Assembly (NCBI GenBank): GCA_039714255.1
Contig: JBDLJQ010000003.1
Location: 9,191 to 73,190 of the forward strand
DNA from: Acidobacteriota bacterium
GTDB lineage: Bacteria; Acidobacteriota; Aminicenantia; UBA2199
Direction of reading: 5' to 3'
Length of the DNA stretch: 64,000 bases
Position numbers and translations under genes: made by a program
Notes under the pieces: model-generated
The model's input: the letters and a program-made list of their open reading frames with translations, nothing else
Database searches by the model: none
What the model was told of the DNA's origin: nothing
Shown: positions 8,330 through 18,541 of the stretch, piece by piece
Position numbering within the stretch: the first letter of the stretch is position 1
Layout: each line of letters begins with the position of its first letter

Positions 8330-11110
8330 ATGGAAAATGAAAAAAAATTCAAATGGAAAGATACATTAAATCTACCTAAAACAAATTTCCCGATGAAGGC
8401 TCAGTTAAACCGAAAAGAACCTGAATTATTAAAATTCTGGGATGAGATGGATCTTTATAATGAAATTCTGAAAAAAAATTCAGAGAATGAACCATTCATT
8501 CTCCATGACGGCCCTCCCTATGCCAATGGGAATATTCACCTTGGCCATGCATTAAATAAAATACTTAAGGATTTTATTGTTAAAACCAAATCAATGGAAG
8601 GTTTCATGTCCCCTTACGTTCCGGGTTGGGACTGTCACGGTCTCCCAATTGAAATAAAGGTTGACAAGAATCTCGGGCCCAGAAAAAAAGATATGTCAAT
8701 TCCCGATATAAGAAGAAAGTGTCGGGAATATGCTGAAAAATATATCAGGATCCAGAAAGAAGAATTTAAAAGACTCGGTGTATTCGGAGACTGGGATAAC
8801 CCTTACACAACCATAAATCCCGCTCTTGAAGCATCTATCATAGAAACCTTTAAATCATTTGTGGAAAAAGGCAATGTGATCAGAAAAAAAAGGCCGGTCT
8901 ACTGGTGTAATTCCTGCCATACGGCGCTTGCAGAAGCTGAAGTAGAATATGATGAACATACCTCCCCTTCTATTTATGTAAAGTTTAAATTGAAAGAGAC
9001 CCCAAAAGTATTAAATACATATACAGAAAAAGATATATTTGTTCTGATATGGACAACTACTCCATGGACAATCCCTGCAAATCTTGCAATTGCCGTTAAA
9101 GATGATTACCAATACTCTCTTTTTGAACTAAAGGGTGAATATTATATAGCTGCTAAAAAACTTGTACCGTTAATTGCAGAAATGCTTGATGAAGATTTTA
9201 AGATCCTTAAAGATTTTGAAGGGATCGAACTGAAAGGGTTAAATGCTGAACACCCGCTTTATAACAGAGACTCAAAACTTATTACAACAAATTATGTTGA
9301 ACTTGATCAGGGTACAGGTTGTGTCCACACTGCTCCCGGCCATGGAGAGGACGATTACAGAGCAGGGTTGGAGTATGGGCTCGATATATATGCCCCTGTA
9401 GGACCCACAGGCCTTTTTGATGATACAGTCGACAATTATGCCGGCAAAGAAATTTTCTCCTCAAATAAGCTGATTGTAGAAGATCTCAGAAATAAAGGAC
9501 GGCTGCTTCATGATGATAATGTCACACACTCCTATCCACATTGCTGGAGATGCAAAAATCCTGTAATTTTCAGAGCTACGGAACAATGGTTCATCTCCAT
9601 GGATACAGCCGGACTGAGGCAAAAAGCACTCAAAGAGATCAAAAAGGTTAACTGGACGCCTTCCTGGGGTGAAGAGAGAATTTACAGTATGGTAGAGGGC
9701 AGGCCTGACTGGTGTATATCACGTCAGAGAAACTGGGGTGTACCACTACCTGTATTTTTTTGTAAAAAGTGTAACCATTCACTTTTAAATACGGAAGCTA
9801 TAGATAAAGTTAAGGAACAATTTATGGCAAATGGTTCTGATTCCTGGTATACAAAGGATATATCAGAATTTTTACCGGAAAATGTTGAATGTTCAAATTG
9901 CGGTGGAACCGAATTTATTAAAGGGATGGATATTGTAGATGTATGGTTTGAATCCGGCTCATCATTCGGAGTATTGGAACATTATCCTTTACACCAATTC
10001 CCGGCAGATCTTTACCTGGAAGGCGGCGACCAGTACAGGGGATGGTTCCATTCGTCTCTTCTTGTAGGAATAAGTTCCAGGGATAGCTCGCCTTATAAAT
10101 CGGTATTAACCCATGGATGGACTCTCGATGATAAAGGGAGGGCAATGTCCAAATCACTGGGAAATGTCATTTCCCCTCAGGAGATCATTAAAGATAAAGG
10201 CGCTGAGATCCTCAGGTTGTGGGTTGCAATGGTAAATTATAAAGAGGACACCAGGCTTAGCGATGAAATTCTTTTAAGGGTTTCTGAAAGCTACAGGAAG
10301 ATAAGAAATACCTGGAAATTTATGCTTGGAGTTATGAATGATTTTGATACAGTTAAAGATATTGTTGAAGAGAAAGATCTAACTGAAATTGATAATTATA
10401 TAATTTATAAGCTGGAAAGTATTAAAGAGAAAGTCATAAATTCTTATGAACATTATGAATTCCACACTATATTTCATACAATTTTAAACTTCTTTATTGT
10501 AGACCTGAGCTCTTTCTATCTCAATATAATGAAAGACAATCTGTATTGTAATCCACTGGATTCAAAGGAAAGGAGAGCATCGCAAACCACAATATTCCGC
10601 ATCCTCAGAGATACATCTCTTTTGCTTGCACCAATACTTTCATTTACAACTGAAGAGATATGGGAAAATATCCCGGAATTTGAAGGTAAAGAAAGATCAG
10701 TACACCTCCATAATTTTCCTTCAGTAGATCCGGTATTAAAAGAAAATATTGATATTGAAAAATGGGAAAAAATTATGGTTATCAGGGAAAATATACTTAA
10801 AGAGATCGAAAATGCAAGAAACAAAAAAATTATCGGTGACTCCCTGGAATCTGAAGTAAACCTTTCTTTAAAAAAAGATATGTACTCCTTAATGATTGAT
10901 AATGTGGAGTTATTAAAAAAGATCACAGTTGTTTCAAATATTAATTTAGTTGAAGGTGATGAAAAGATCGAAATTGTAAAGTTTGAGGGAGAAAAATGCC
11001 CCAGATGCTGGAACTGGTTTAAAATGGAAGAAAAGAACAATGATTTTCCGGACCTGTGCCCACGTTGCTCAGATTTTATGGAGGATTTTAAATTTGAAAA
11101 TAAAAAATAA
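8330..11110 (+). CDS. ileS: Isoleucine-tRNA ligase (type 1, bacterial)
   Basis: HIGH motif HLGHALNK, KMSKS-type AMSKSLGN, CP1 editing region, and a C-terminal Zn-finger (CPRCWNW...CPRC). 926 aa. GGAG Shine-Dalgarno 8 nt upstream. Confidence 0.95.
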   Translation: MENEKKFKWKDTLNLPKTNFPMKAQLNRKEPELLKFWDEMDLYNEILKKNSENEPFILHDGPPYANGNIHLGHALNKILKDFIVKTKSMEGFMSPYVPGWDCHGLPIEIKVDKNLGPRKKDMSIPDIRRKCREYAEKYIRIQKEEFKRLGVFGDWDNPYTTINPALEASIIETFKSFVEKGNVIRKKRPVYWCNSCHTALAEAEVEYDEHTSPSIYVKFKLKETPKVLNTYTEKDIFVLIWTTTPWTIPANLAIAVKDDYQYSLFELKGEYYIAAKKLVPLIAEMLDEDFKILKDFEGIELKGLNAEHPLYNRDSKLITTNYVELDQGTGCVHTAPGHGEDDYRAGLEYGLDIYAPVGPTGLFDDTVDNYAGKEIFSSNKLIVEDLRNKGRLLHDDNVTHSYPHCWRCKNPVIFRATEQWFISMDTAGLRQKALKEIKKVNWTPSWGEERIYSMVEGRPDWCISRQRNWGVPLPVFFCKKCNHSLLNTEAIDKVKEQFMANGSDSWYTKDISEFLPENVECSNCGGTEFIKGMDIVDVWFESGSSFGVLEHYPLHQFPADLYLEGGDQYRGWFHSSLLVGISSRDSSPYKSVLTHGWTLDDKGRAMSKSLGNVISPQEIIKDKGAEILRLWVAMVNYKEDTRLSDEILLRVSESYRKIRNTWKFMLGVMNDFDTVKDIVEEKDLTEIDNYIIYKLESIKEKVINSYEHYEFHTIFHTILNFFIVDLSSFYLNIMKDNLYCNPLDSKERRASQTTIFRILRDTSLLLAPILSFTTEEIWENIPEFEGKERSVHLHNFPSVDPVLKENIDIEKWEKIMVIRENILKEIENARNKKIIGDSLESEVNLSLKKDMYSLMIDNVELLKKITVVSNINLVEGDEKIEIVKFEGEKCPRCWNWFKMEEKNNDFPDLCPRCSDFMEDFKFENKK

Positions 11111-11585
11111 AAAAAAGTATATTCTGATTACCGGTTTAATTATTATAATTGACCAGATATCAAAATTTATAATTAAATCAAATTTTCAGTTATATGAACA
11201 TTTGGATATCATCGACAATTTTTTCAGAATTTTTTATATTAAAAATTCCGGTGCAGTATGGGGACTTTTTTCAAATCAAAAAGATTCCATAATTCCTGTT
11301 ATATTAACAATTTTATCAATCACTGCTCTACTGGTAGTAATTTATATTTTTTTAAAGACCAAACCTCAGTGTAAACTGGAACTTGTCTCACTTTCATTTA
11401 TTTCAGGTGGTGCAATTGGAAATATTATAGACAGGATAATGCAGGGTTATGTTGTTGATTTTATTGAGATCTATATAAAGTCTTACAGATGGCCTACTTT
11501 TAATATTGCAGATTCATTTATTTCCATTGGGATTTTACTTTTAATCATTTCCATATGGAAAGCTAAATGTCAACAATTCACATAA
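11095..11585 (+). CDS. lspA: Lipoprotein signal peptidase (signal peptidase II)
   Basis: Four-TM protein with LspA boxes (NSGAVWGLF, GGAIGNIIDR, FNIADSFISIG). The ORF track extends to 10983 inside ileS. The most plausible start is the TTG at 11095, 16 nt before the ileS stop, giving about 163 aa. ileS-lspA linkage is conserved. Confidence 0.8.
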
Positions 11586-11600
11586 GATAAGGAGATTATA

Positions 11601-12401
11601 ATGCTTCCAGTACTTTTTAAGATCGGCCCCATTACCATTCATACTTATGGCTTTTTACTGGCTCTTGGAGTTATGGCTGCCATATTTCTTGCAATGAGGC
11701 TTGCAAAACAAAATAATATAGACACAAAAGTTCTCTCTGACTTTATTTTTTATACATTGATCACAGGATTACTGGGTGCAAAAATTTATCTTTTCTTTTC
11801 GGAATTTAATTATTATATAAATAATCCTTCAAAGATAAAAGAGATCTTAACCCAGGCTGGAGCTTTTTATGGTGGCCTTATCTTCGGTATTATCTTTGCT
11901 GTCTGGTTCATAAAAAAAAAGAACCTGGATTTAAAGAAAATTGGTGATATTGCCGCCCCCTCCATAGCACTTGCACATTTTTTTGGCAGATTAGGGTGTT
12001 TTTCCGCCGGATGTTGTTTTGGAAGAGAAGCAGGAAGTTGTGCAATTGGAATTTCGTTTCCTGATCTTCACCAGAATACGGGAGTTCCTGTGGGGCATTC
12101 ATTATATCCTACACAATTAATGGAATCTGTTCTTAATTTATTAAATTTTATATTTCTTTTCTATTTTTATAAGAAAAAGAAAAAATTTGACGGACAGGTT
12201 TTTGTTTTATATATTTTCAATTATTCAGTTATAAGGTTTTTTGTAGAATATTTTCGGGGCGACCATGACAGAGGATATATCTTCGGAGGAATGGATAATC
12301 CATTTCTCAGTTTATCAATACCCCAGTTCATTAGCCTTATCGGAGTTACAATCGCCTTTATACTATATTTTAAATTTAGAGGAAAACGCGAAACAAATTA
12401 A
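11601..12401 (+). CDS. lgt: Prolipoprotein diacylglyceryl transferase
   Basis: Lgt signature motifs (Y.TQL..S, GRLGCFSAGCCFG) and a multi-TM topology. The lspA-lgt adjacency groups the lipoprotein-maturation genes. Confidence 0.9.
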   Translation: MLPVLFKIGPITIHTYGFLLALGVMAAIFLAMRLAKQNNIDTKVLSDFIFYTLITGLLGAKIYLFFSEFNYYINNPSKIKEILTQAGAFYGGLIFGIIFAVWFIKKKNLDLKKIGDIAAPSIALAHFFGRLGCFSAGCCFGREAGSCAIGISFPDLHQNTGVPVGHSLYPTQLMESVLNLLNFIFLFYFYKKKKKFDGQVFVLYIFNYSVIRFFVEYFRGDHDRGYIFGGMDNPFLSLSIPQFISLIGVTIAFILYFKFRGKRETN

Positions 12402-12472
12402 ATTAAAATTTACATTTTCTAAAAACTGAAAACTTGATATATTCCGATTATATCTGATAATATTTAATAGAA

Positions 12473-13393
12473 ATGGAAAAAAAAATTTTTAATGCAGATA
12501 AAGATTTTAAAAGATTAGATCATTTTATTAATCATCATTTGAAAGAATTTTCCAGATCAGAAATTGAAAAGCTTATTAAAGATGGATATATAAAGATAGA
12601 TAATAAAACTGTTTCCAAAAAAAGCCGTAAAGTAAACGAAAACGATATTGTTGAGTTACTTATCCCTGATAAAACAGAGGTCCGTGATATAATACCCGGA
12701 CTTCAGTTTGAAAAACTTTATGAAGATGAACATCTGTTAATAATAAATAAACCTCCTGGAATTTCCGTCCATCCCGGTGCCGGAGAAAGAAAAGAGACAA
12801 TATTGGATAACTTCATATATCAATATCCTGAAATAAAAAATATATCTGTTAGCGATCGCCCCGGGATAGTTCACAGGCTTGATAAGGGTACCTCGGGTGT
12901 ATTAATCTTAGCTAAAAATGAACAGTCTTTGACCAGGCTTCAGAAACAATTTAAGAAAAGGGAAATAAAAAAAGAGTATATTGCTCTTGTCGATTCAAAG
13001 GTCAGGTTTAAGAACGGATCAGTTAATCTTTCTCTTACAAGAAGCAGAAAAGACAGGAGAAAGTTTATTGCAGTTGAGGGTAATAAGATTCTTGATGCAA
13101 GAGAAGCCCTGACAAATTATTCTCTTAGATATCAGTTTATGAAATCTGCATACCTGAAGGTTTCTCCGGAAACAGGCAGAACCCATCAGATAAGAGTTCA
13201 TTTATCTCACATTGGGAATCCTGTTTTAGGAGATGAATTATATGGTAAGAGCTCATCATTCCCGCGTCTTGCCCTTCATGCCTTTTCAATTACTTTTTCC
13301 CATCCTGAATTTAAACAAATCATCACTGCAAAATCCCCTATTCCATTTGAATTCATAGAATATATGAAAAATGAGATCAAAAAAAAATATTAG
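12473..13393 (+). CDS. rluD: 23S rRNA pseudouridine synthase, RluA/RluD family
   Basis: N-terminal S4 RNA-binding domain and catalytic motif HRLDKGTSGVLILAKN (Asp nucleophile). Confidence 0.88.
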   Translation: MEKKIFNADKDFKRLDHFINHHLKEFSRSEIEKLIKDGYIKIDNKTVSKKSRKVNENDIVELLIPDKTEVRDIIPGLQFEKLYEDEHLLIINKPPGISVHPGAGERKETILDNFIYQYPEIKNISVSDRPGIVHRLDKGTSGVLILAKNEQSLTRLQKQFKKREIKKEYIALVDSKVRFKNGSVNLSLTRSRKDRRKFIAVEGNKILDAREALTNYSLRYQFMKSAYLKVSPETGRTHQIRVHLSHIGNPVLGDELYGKSSSFPRLALHAFSITFSHPEFKQIITAKSPIPFEFIEYMKNEIKKKY

Positions 13394-13424
13394 ATCAAAC
13401 AGGATTTTTTTATTACAACAAATA

Positions 13425-13453
13425 CAGTAGTGGATTGAACAGCAGAGAGAAAT
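13425..13453 (+). promoter_or_regulatory. Putative sigma70 promoter upstream of the SurA/PrsA-like genes
   Basis: TTGAAC (13425-13430), 17-bp spacer, TATAAT (13448-13453), 20 nt upstream of the ATG at 13474. Confidence 0.4.
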
Positions 13454-13473
13454 ACTATATAATATAGCAACTT

Positions 13474-14496
13474 ATGAAATTAATTAAATTCACTATAATA
13501 ACTCTTTTTTTAATTCTATTTGTTTTTTGCGGCAAAGATTCAACTTCCATTGAAAATAAACAAGACGATCAGAATGAAAGTTTGGCATCTCTAATTAATA
13601 AAAAAATAATTTTTGAAATTGAAGATAAAAAATATTCAAATTCTGATTTCAGATTATTTCTAAGATTCAAATTTTCAAATTCCAAAGAAATTCTTTCAAA
13701 TGAAAAACTACTTTCAAGATTACTTGATTCTTTTATTGAAAAATCAATGATTTTATATAGAGCAGATAATGCAAGTACTATAATTAATGAAAATGACATC
13801 CGAAATTATATGACAGAAAATAATATTCAAAAAAAGAACTGGACATATCAATCTGTATCAAATTTATTAAAGGTTCAAAAATATTTATACTCAACAATTT
13901 ATAAAGATATTTCTGTCTCGGATTACAATATTAATTTGTATTACAGAAACAACAAAAACAAATTTATAAAAAAAGATGAAATTGAACTTTACCAGATCTC
14001 ACTTAAAAATAAAGAAAAAGCTATTAAAATCAGAGGTGAACTATTAAATTCTCCGGGAAAGTTTGACCAGTTGGCAGAAAATCATTCCGAGTCCGTTGAA
14101 TCAGCAAAAAAAGGTTATATGGGAAAATTCGAGACAGGTGACCTTCCAAAAGATATAGAAAAAGTTGTATTTTCTCTGGGGATTAATAGAATCAGCCGTG
14201 TAATTGAATCACAATTCGGTTTTCATATTTTTAAGGTTACAAAAAGAAGAAAAAGAAGGCAATTGTATTTAAGCAATGTAAAAGAAAATATCAAAAAGGA
14301 ATTATTAAACAAAAAAATTCTCTTTGAATATAATAAATTTATAAATAAACTTAAGAATGATCTTAATAAAAGAATTTTTCTTAATAATCTGTTTTTCAAA
14401 TATATTTCAATAAAAGGAGATTCAAATGAAGAAAAGAATACTAATACTCTTAATCATATTCCAGATGGTTATGTTAAATACTTATCTAAACTCTGA
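13474..14496 (+). CDS. Parvulin-type peptidyl-prolyl isomerase lipoprotein (PrsA/SurA-like)
   Basis: Signal peptide with lipobox (LFVFCG) and a PpiC-type PPIase domain (GYMGKFETGDLP...FGFHIFKV). Confidence 0.75.
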   Translation: MKLIKFTIITLFLILFVFCGKDSTSIENKQDDQNESLASLINKKIIFEIEDKKYSNSDFRLFLRFKFSNSKEILSNEKLLSRLLDSFIEKSMILYRADNASTIINENDIRNYMTENNIQKKNWTYQSVSNLLKVQKYLYSTIYKDISVSDYNINLYYRNNKNKFIKKDEIELYQISLKNKEKAIKIRGELLNSPGKFDQLAENHSESVESAKKGYMGKFETGDLPKDIEKVVFSLGINRISRVIESQFGFHIFKVTKRRKRRQLYLSNVKENIKKELLNKKILFEYNKFINKLKNDLNKRIFLNNLFFKYISIKGDSNEEKNTNTLNHIPDGYVKYLSKL

Positions 14497-15397
14497 AACT
14501 ATTGAAGAGATTTATGCAATTGTAAATAACGAATTGATCACATATTCTGAGATAATGATATTTCGGAATGGAATGACCATAGAACTTAAGCGGAGATTTA
14601 AAGGTGATGAGTTAGCAGCTGAAATAAAAAAAATGGAAGAAAATCTTCTCGATATGTTAATAGGCAGGAAAGTTATATTTTCAAAAGCAAAAGAAAAAAA
14701 CTATGATCTTACCCAGTACCTTGACCTTATCATAAAAGATATAATGAAAAGAAATAATATCAATTCAAAAGATGAACTCATTATTGCATTAAAATCACAG
14801 GGAGTATCTTTTGAAGAATTTAAAAACCAGAGGCTTGAGCAGTTGATGCAGGAAAAATTTATTCAGGAAGAATTAGGAGATAGAATAAAGATTGAAACAT
14901 CAGAATTGGTTGATTATTACAAAAAAAATATTAAGGATTACACAAAACCTTTAAAGGTAACCTTACATTGTATTTTTCTAAATAAAGATCTCTATTTTTC
15001 CAAAGAAGCATTGAAAGATAAAAAAGATAAAATTAACTCTGAATTAAAATTGTCTAAAGATTTTAAAAAAACTGCAGAGAATCATTCAGATCTTGAAACT
15101 AGTGAAAACAAATATCTCCTTGGAACTTTTTCAAAAGGTGAAATTGATTCAAAACTTGAGGAAGTTGCCCTTAAATTAAAAGTTAACGAATTTTCTGATT
15201 GGATTGAAACTGAAAATGGATTGTATATCATTCAATTAGCAGAAAAGATCCCCCCGGTTGTTACAGAATATAAAAATGTGAAAAAAGAAATAGAATTTAA
15301 GCTTTCATCAGGATTAAGAGAAATAGAAGTTGAAAAACTGGTTAAACAACTAAAAAAAGATAGTCATATAGAGATTCTTAAAAAGATCAAATATTAA
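14426..15397 (+). CDS. SurA-like periplasmic chaperone / PPIase
   Basis: Signal peptide, SurA_N-like domain (EIYAIVNNELITYSEI) and a degenerate C-terminal parvulin-like domain. Its 5' end overlaps the upstream paralogue by 71 nt in another frame. Confidence 0.7.
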   Translation: MKKRILILLIIFQMVMLNTYLNSETIEEIYAIVNNELITYSEIMIFRNGMTIELKRRFKGDELAAEIKKMEENLLDMLIGRKVIFSKAKEKNYDLTQYLDLIIKDIMKRNNINSKDELIIALKSQGVSFEEFKNQRLEQLMQEKFIQEELGDRIKIETSELVDYYKKNIKDYTKPLKVTLHCIFLNKDLYFSKEALKDKKDKINSELKLSKDFKKTAENHSDLETSENKYLLGTFSKGEIDSKLEEVALKLKVNEFSDWIETENGLYIIQLAEKIPPVVTEYKNVKKEIEFKLSSGLREIEVEKLVKQLKKDSHIEILKKIKY

Positions 15398-15833
15398 TAT
15401 ATAATCCGCCTGTAATTCTTGTTTTTGATATATCTGAATAGTTCATGATCCTGAGATCAATACGTACTGAAACCATTTTTAGAAAATAATAGTAAAGGCC
15501 CCCCCCATAAAATGCAAATCTTTTATAATCACTAAGAACAAGATTGAACTTAATAAAATCTGTACCTATTCCCATAACTGCATAGGGAGAAAAATCTCCC
15601 AATCTGGGTTTTATTTTAAGTCCTGTAGTGATTGCTTTATATTCACTATCAGGTAACCTGTAATATTCAAATTCAAACTTTACTAATGGAATTAACATTG
15701 CGCTCCCAACAGAAACTCCATAACAAAGCCCTGTTGACTCATTTATATTACCAAGTATCAGTCCAACCTCAATAGAACGTAATGGGAGAATAGAGATAAA
15801 AAATAATATGATCAATATATAAATTTTTTTCAT
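15387..15833 (-). CDS. Small outer-membrane beta-barrel protein (OmpW/OMP_b-brl-like)
   Basis: Signal peptide and alternating hydrophobic beta-strand pattern, 148 aa. Last gene of the minus-strand Tol-Pal/mglA unit. Its 3' end overlaps the convergent SurA-like gene by 11 nt. Confidence 0.5.
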   Translation of the reverse strand: MKKIYILIILFFISILPLRSIEVGLILGNINESTGLCYGVSVGSAMLIPLVKFEFEYYRLPDSEYKAITTGLKIKPRLGDFSPYAVMGIGTDFIKFNLVLSDYKRFAFYGGGLYYYFLKMVSVRIDLRIMNYSDISKTRITGGLYINI

Positions 15834-17179
15834 TTTGTTTTTACCATTTGCATTAAAGGCCTTCCATAATAATCCATAAAAATATCTTTAAAATTATTAT
15901 TTATATATAAAGAAAATTTCTTGTGAGCAAGAGGTAATACAAATTCATCATTTATTAATGTAGTAACTATATTTGACACACTCTCAATGAGCAATTCCTC
16001 ATTATTTATATTTTTAATTTCTTCAAGTTCCTTTAAAAATTTTAGATATTTTTCGTTAAACCTTGTAAAAGATAATTCTGAAATAATACTTCTGATCTTG
16101 TCTTCAATATGATCTTTTTTATTAAATAGTTTTTCTGATACCAGAAACTTAACAGATCTGTTACTTTTTATAAATTCTTTTAGCTTTGAATTTTCGATAA
16201 ATACAAGTGAAATATTTATATTATAGGATTTTAAGTATTCTAAAAGGTCTTTTTCAATTCTTTTCAACGAAGATGATATATATAATTTTATTTGTGAATA
16301 TCTTAATATAGTCCTGATTTTTCTAAAAGAAAATTTTTTTATCCCTACTGAAACAGGAGATTCTTCAGCTGAAGTTAAGGAGTTAAGCCGGACAAAGTTA
16401 AATTTCAATAAAAAATTTTTTAAAAGGGAATATAATGCAATTTTAGTATTAGTACCGGTTTTTCCTGAAGGGAAAGACAAATAAATATTCTGATAGATTC
16501 CGCTGTTCTTTTCAGAATAACCTTTGTTCACGGAACCAGGATCTCCTAAATAAAGATCGGGATAATAATAATCATAAAAAACTATTTTGATCTGGTTCAA
16601 ATATGACCTGCCTCCCGGATAAAATAAATTGGGAACTAAAATCATAAATTTATTTCTTTCCCACTGTGATGGAAAAAATTGTCCTGAAAAAGCCTGTTCG
16701 TTTAAAGAAAGAAGTACTAATTCGGGTGCAGTAAGAATATTTAAAATATCAGGAACATTATAGTTCAGGTCAATATAAAAAAAATCTCCCTCATAGCGAA
16801 AACTACGAATTACTCTGCTTAATTTTTTTGCAGCTGAAATATCTCTGTTTAAAAAAAACCTTAAAGAATATTTTATATTTTTTGTAGTTACCGGTGCCCC
16901 GGTTGAAAAACTGAGATTAGGCTTCAGTTTTAATGTCACAACTCTTTTTTCCTTTTCATATATATATTGCGAAAAAATATTTGAAGATATATCTGCTTTC
17001 TTATTTAAATAGAAAAAATTTTCATAAATAAGAGAATAAAATATTGTATCAGAATAATTAGAAGTGGAATGTGAAAAATTTACAGGCTCATTAAGCCTGA
17101 TATTTAATGTACCTTCATATTTTTCTTTAATTGCACCTAAAAAAGTTAAAGTAATAAGTAAAATAAGTAATTTTTTCAT
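15830..17179 (-). CDS. Secreted protein with a solute-binding-protein family 5 (DppA/OppA)-like fold, no adjacent ABC transporter
   Basis: Signal peptide. The N-terminal region TLNIRLNEPVNFSHSTSNYSDTIFYSLIYENFFYL...VVTLKLKPNLSFSTGAPVTTKNIKYSL resembles SBP_bac_5. 4-nt overlap with the downstream gene. Confidence 0.45.
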   Translation of the reverse strand: MKKLLILLITLTFLGAIKEKYEGTLNIRLNEPVNFSHSTSNYSDTIFYSLIYENFFYLNKKADISSNIFSQYIYEKEKRVVTLKLKPNLSFSTGAPVTTKNIKYSLRFFLNRDISAAKKLSRVIRSFRYEGDFFYIDLNYNVPDILNILTAPELVLLSLNEQAFSGQFFPSQWERNKFMILVPNLFYPGGRSYLNQIKIVFYDYYYPDLYLGDPGSVNKGYSEKNSGIYQNIYLSFPSGKTGTNTKIALYSLLKNFLLKFNFVRLNSLTSAEESPVSVGIKKFSFRKIRTILRYSQIKLYISSSLKRIEKDLLEYLKSYNINISLVFIENSKLKEFIKSNRSVKFLVSEKLFNKKDHIEDKIRSIISELSFTRFNEKYLKFLKELEEIKNINNEELLIESVSNIVTTLINDEFVLPLAHKKFSLYINNNFKDIFMDYYGRPLMQMVKTK

Positions 17180-17181
17180 AA

Positions 17182-18528
17182 TTATTTTTTATTTCTTCCC
17201 CAGAATTGTAAATGAAAACTATTATTTTCAAATTTGTTTCGTTCTATTAAAATCCATAATCCTTTTTTTTCATTCCAGATACCCTTTGAAATAAAACTAA
17301 TACTTCCATTTATATCTTGTTTAAATGATTCATTTTCGATACCATGATCTACATTCATTATATTCAATATATCATTATTCATGGTATAACCGCTTAACCC
17401 GATATAGTTATCACCTGAATTCCCGGCAGCAAAACCATATTTAATTTTTGAAACTACTTTTTCATTAAAATCCTGTGTAAATCTTTTAAATAAATAATTT
17501 TTATCAATAATGGAAAAAGTATTTAAGTTATTTTCATTTTTTCCAAATATAGCGGAAAAGAATTCAGGGACTTTTTTTATAAAAATCTCAGAACTTATTA
17601 TTTTTCCATTTTTTAAAGCCATAAAAAATATTTTTCCAAGGAAAAAATTTTTACCTGATGCATACTTTGAACCTGCCAGATAATCAATATTATTAATTGT
17701 GAATTTACTAAAAGGGATAAAGTTTATTTTTCCTTTTTTATTAACTGTTTTTCCATCATAAGAAAAAACCCTGGAATAGGAAGAGAAATTACCTCCAACA
17801 AAAAAATATATCTCTTTATCCTTAATTAAAGAAAATAACTTCCCCTCTTTTTTTATAACAGGAAAAAATGGCCTTTCCCATAATAATTTTTCAGTTATTT
17901 TTTTTTTCAGAGTTTTTCCTTCATGTTTATATATTTCAACTTTATCAAAGTAGTAAAATATTGAATATATAGAATCTTCCGGGCCATTAATTGAACATAC
18001 ATCAAGAAGCTGGTTGTTAAGATTGATCTCGAAAAACTTTACAAAAGCTGAATCTTTAAATCCATAATTCTTAATTTTTAAAAGATCCCTCTCTCCTTTT
18101 TTTATTAAAGTTTCAAAATATTTCACAAAAACTATTTTTTCAAGATCTCTTGAATAAACGACAATTCCGGAACCAATCTTATTTTTATTATTTGTTAAAT
18201 TTATATAAACAGAATAATCTATACCATTAACTCTGTTTAAATTAAAAACTCCGTTCTTTTTATTAAAATCCAAAAGAAGATCAATAAAATTCAAATTTTT
18301 ATTAAGCTCTAATTTTGATACAAGAAGCTGATAGAATTTTTGGCCTTCAATATCAGTAAGTATTGAATTATTTTGAAATTTAACTATTGAATACTTTATT
18401 TCGGTTTTATTTTTAAAATAGGAATTAATACTATTGTTTATTTTACCAGTTAAAATTTCGAAACCCTGACCTGTTAAAGATTTTAATATTAAAAGGAAAA
18501 ATACTGTTATTAGTGTGAGTTTTTTCAT
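17182..18528 (-). CDS. Secreted hypothetical protein (448 aa)
   Basis: N-terminal signal peptide (MKKLTLITVFFLLILKSLTG). I recognise no domain. Starts 13 nt downstream of the mglA-like gene. Confidence 0.5.
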   Translation of the reverse strand: MKKLTLITVFFLLILKSLTGQGFEILTGKINNSINSYFKNKTEIKYSIVKFQNNSILTDIEGQKFYQLLVSKLELNKNLNFIDLLLDFNKKNGVFNLNRVNGIDYSVYINLTNNKNKIGSGIVVYSRDLEKIVFVKYFETLIKKGERDLLKIKNYGFKDSAFVKFFEINLNNQLLDVCSINGPEDSIYSIFYYFDKVEIYKHEGKTLKKKITEKLLWERPFFPVIKKEGKLFSLIKDKEIYFFVGGNFSSYSRVFSYDGKTVNKKGKINFIPFSKFTINNIDYLAGSKYASGKNFFLGKIFFMALKNGKIISSEIFIKKVPEFFSAIFGKNENNLNTFSIIDKNYLFKRFTQDFNEKVVSKIKYGFAAGNSGDNYIGLSGYTMNNDILNIMNVDHGIENESFKQDINGSISFISKGIWNEKKGLWILIERNKFENNSFHLQFWGRNKK

Positions 18529-18541
18529 ATTTTAGTCAAAA

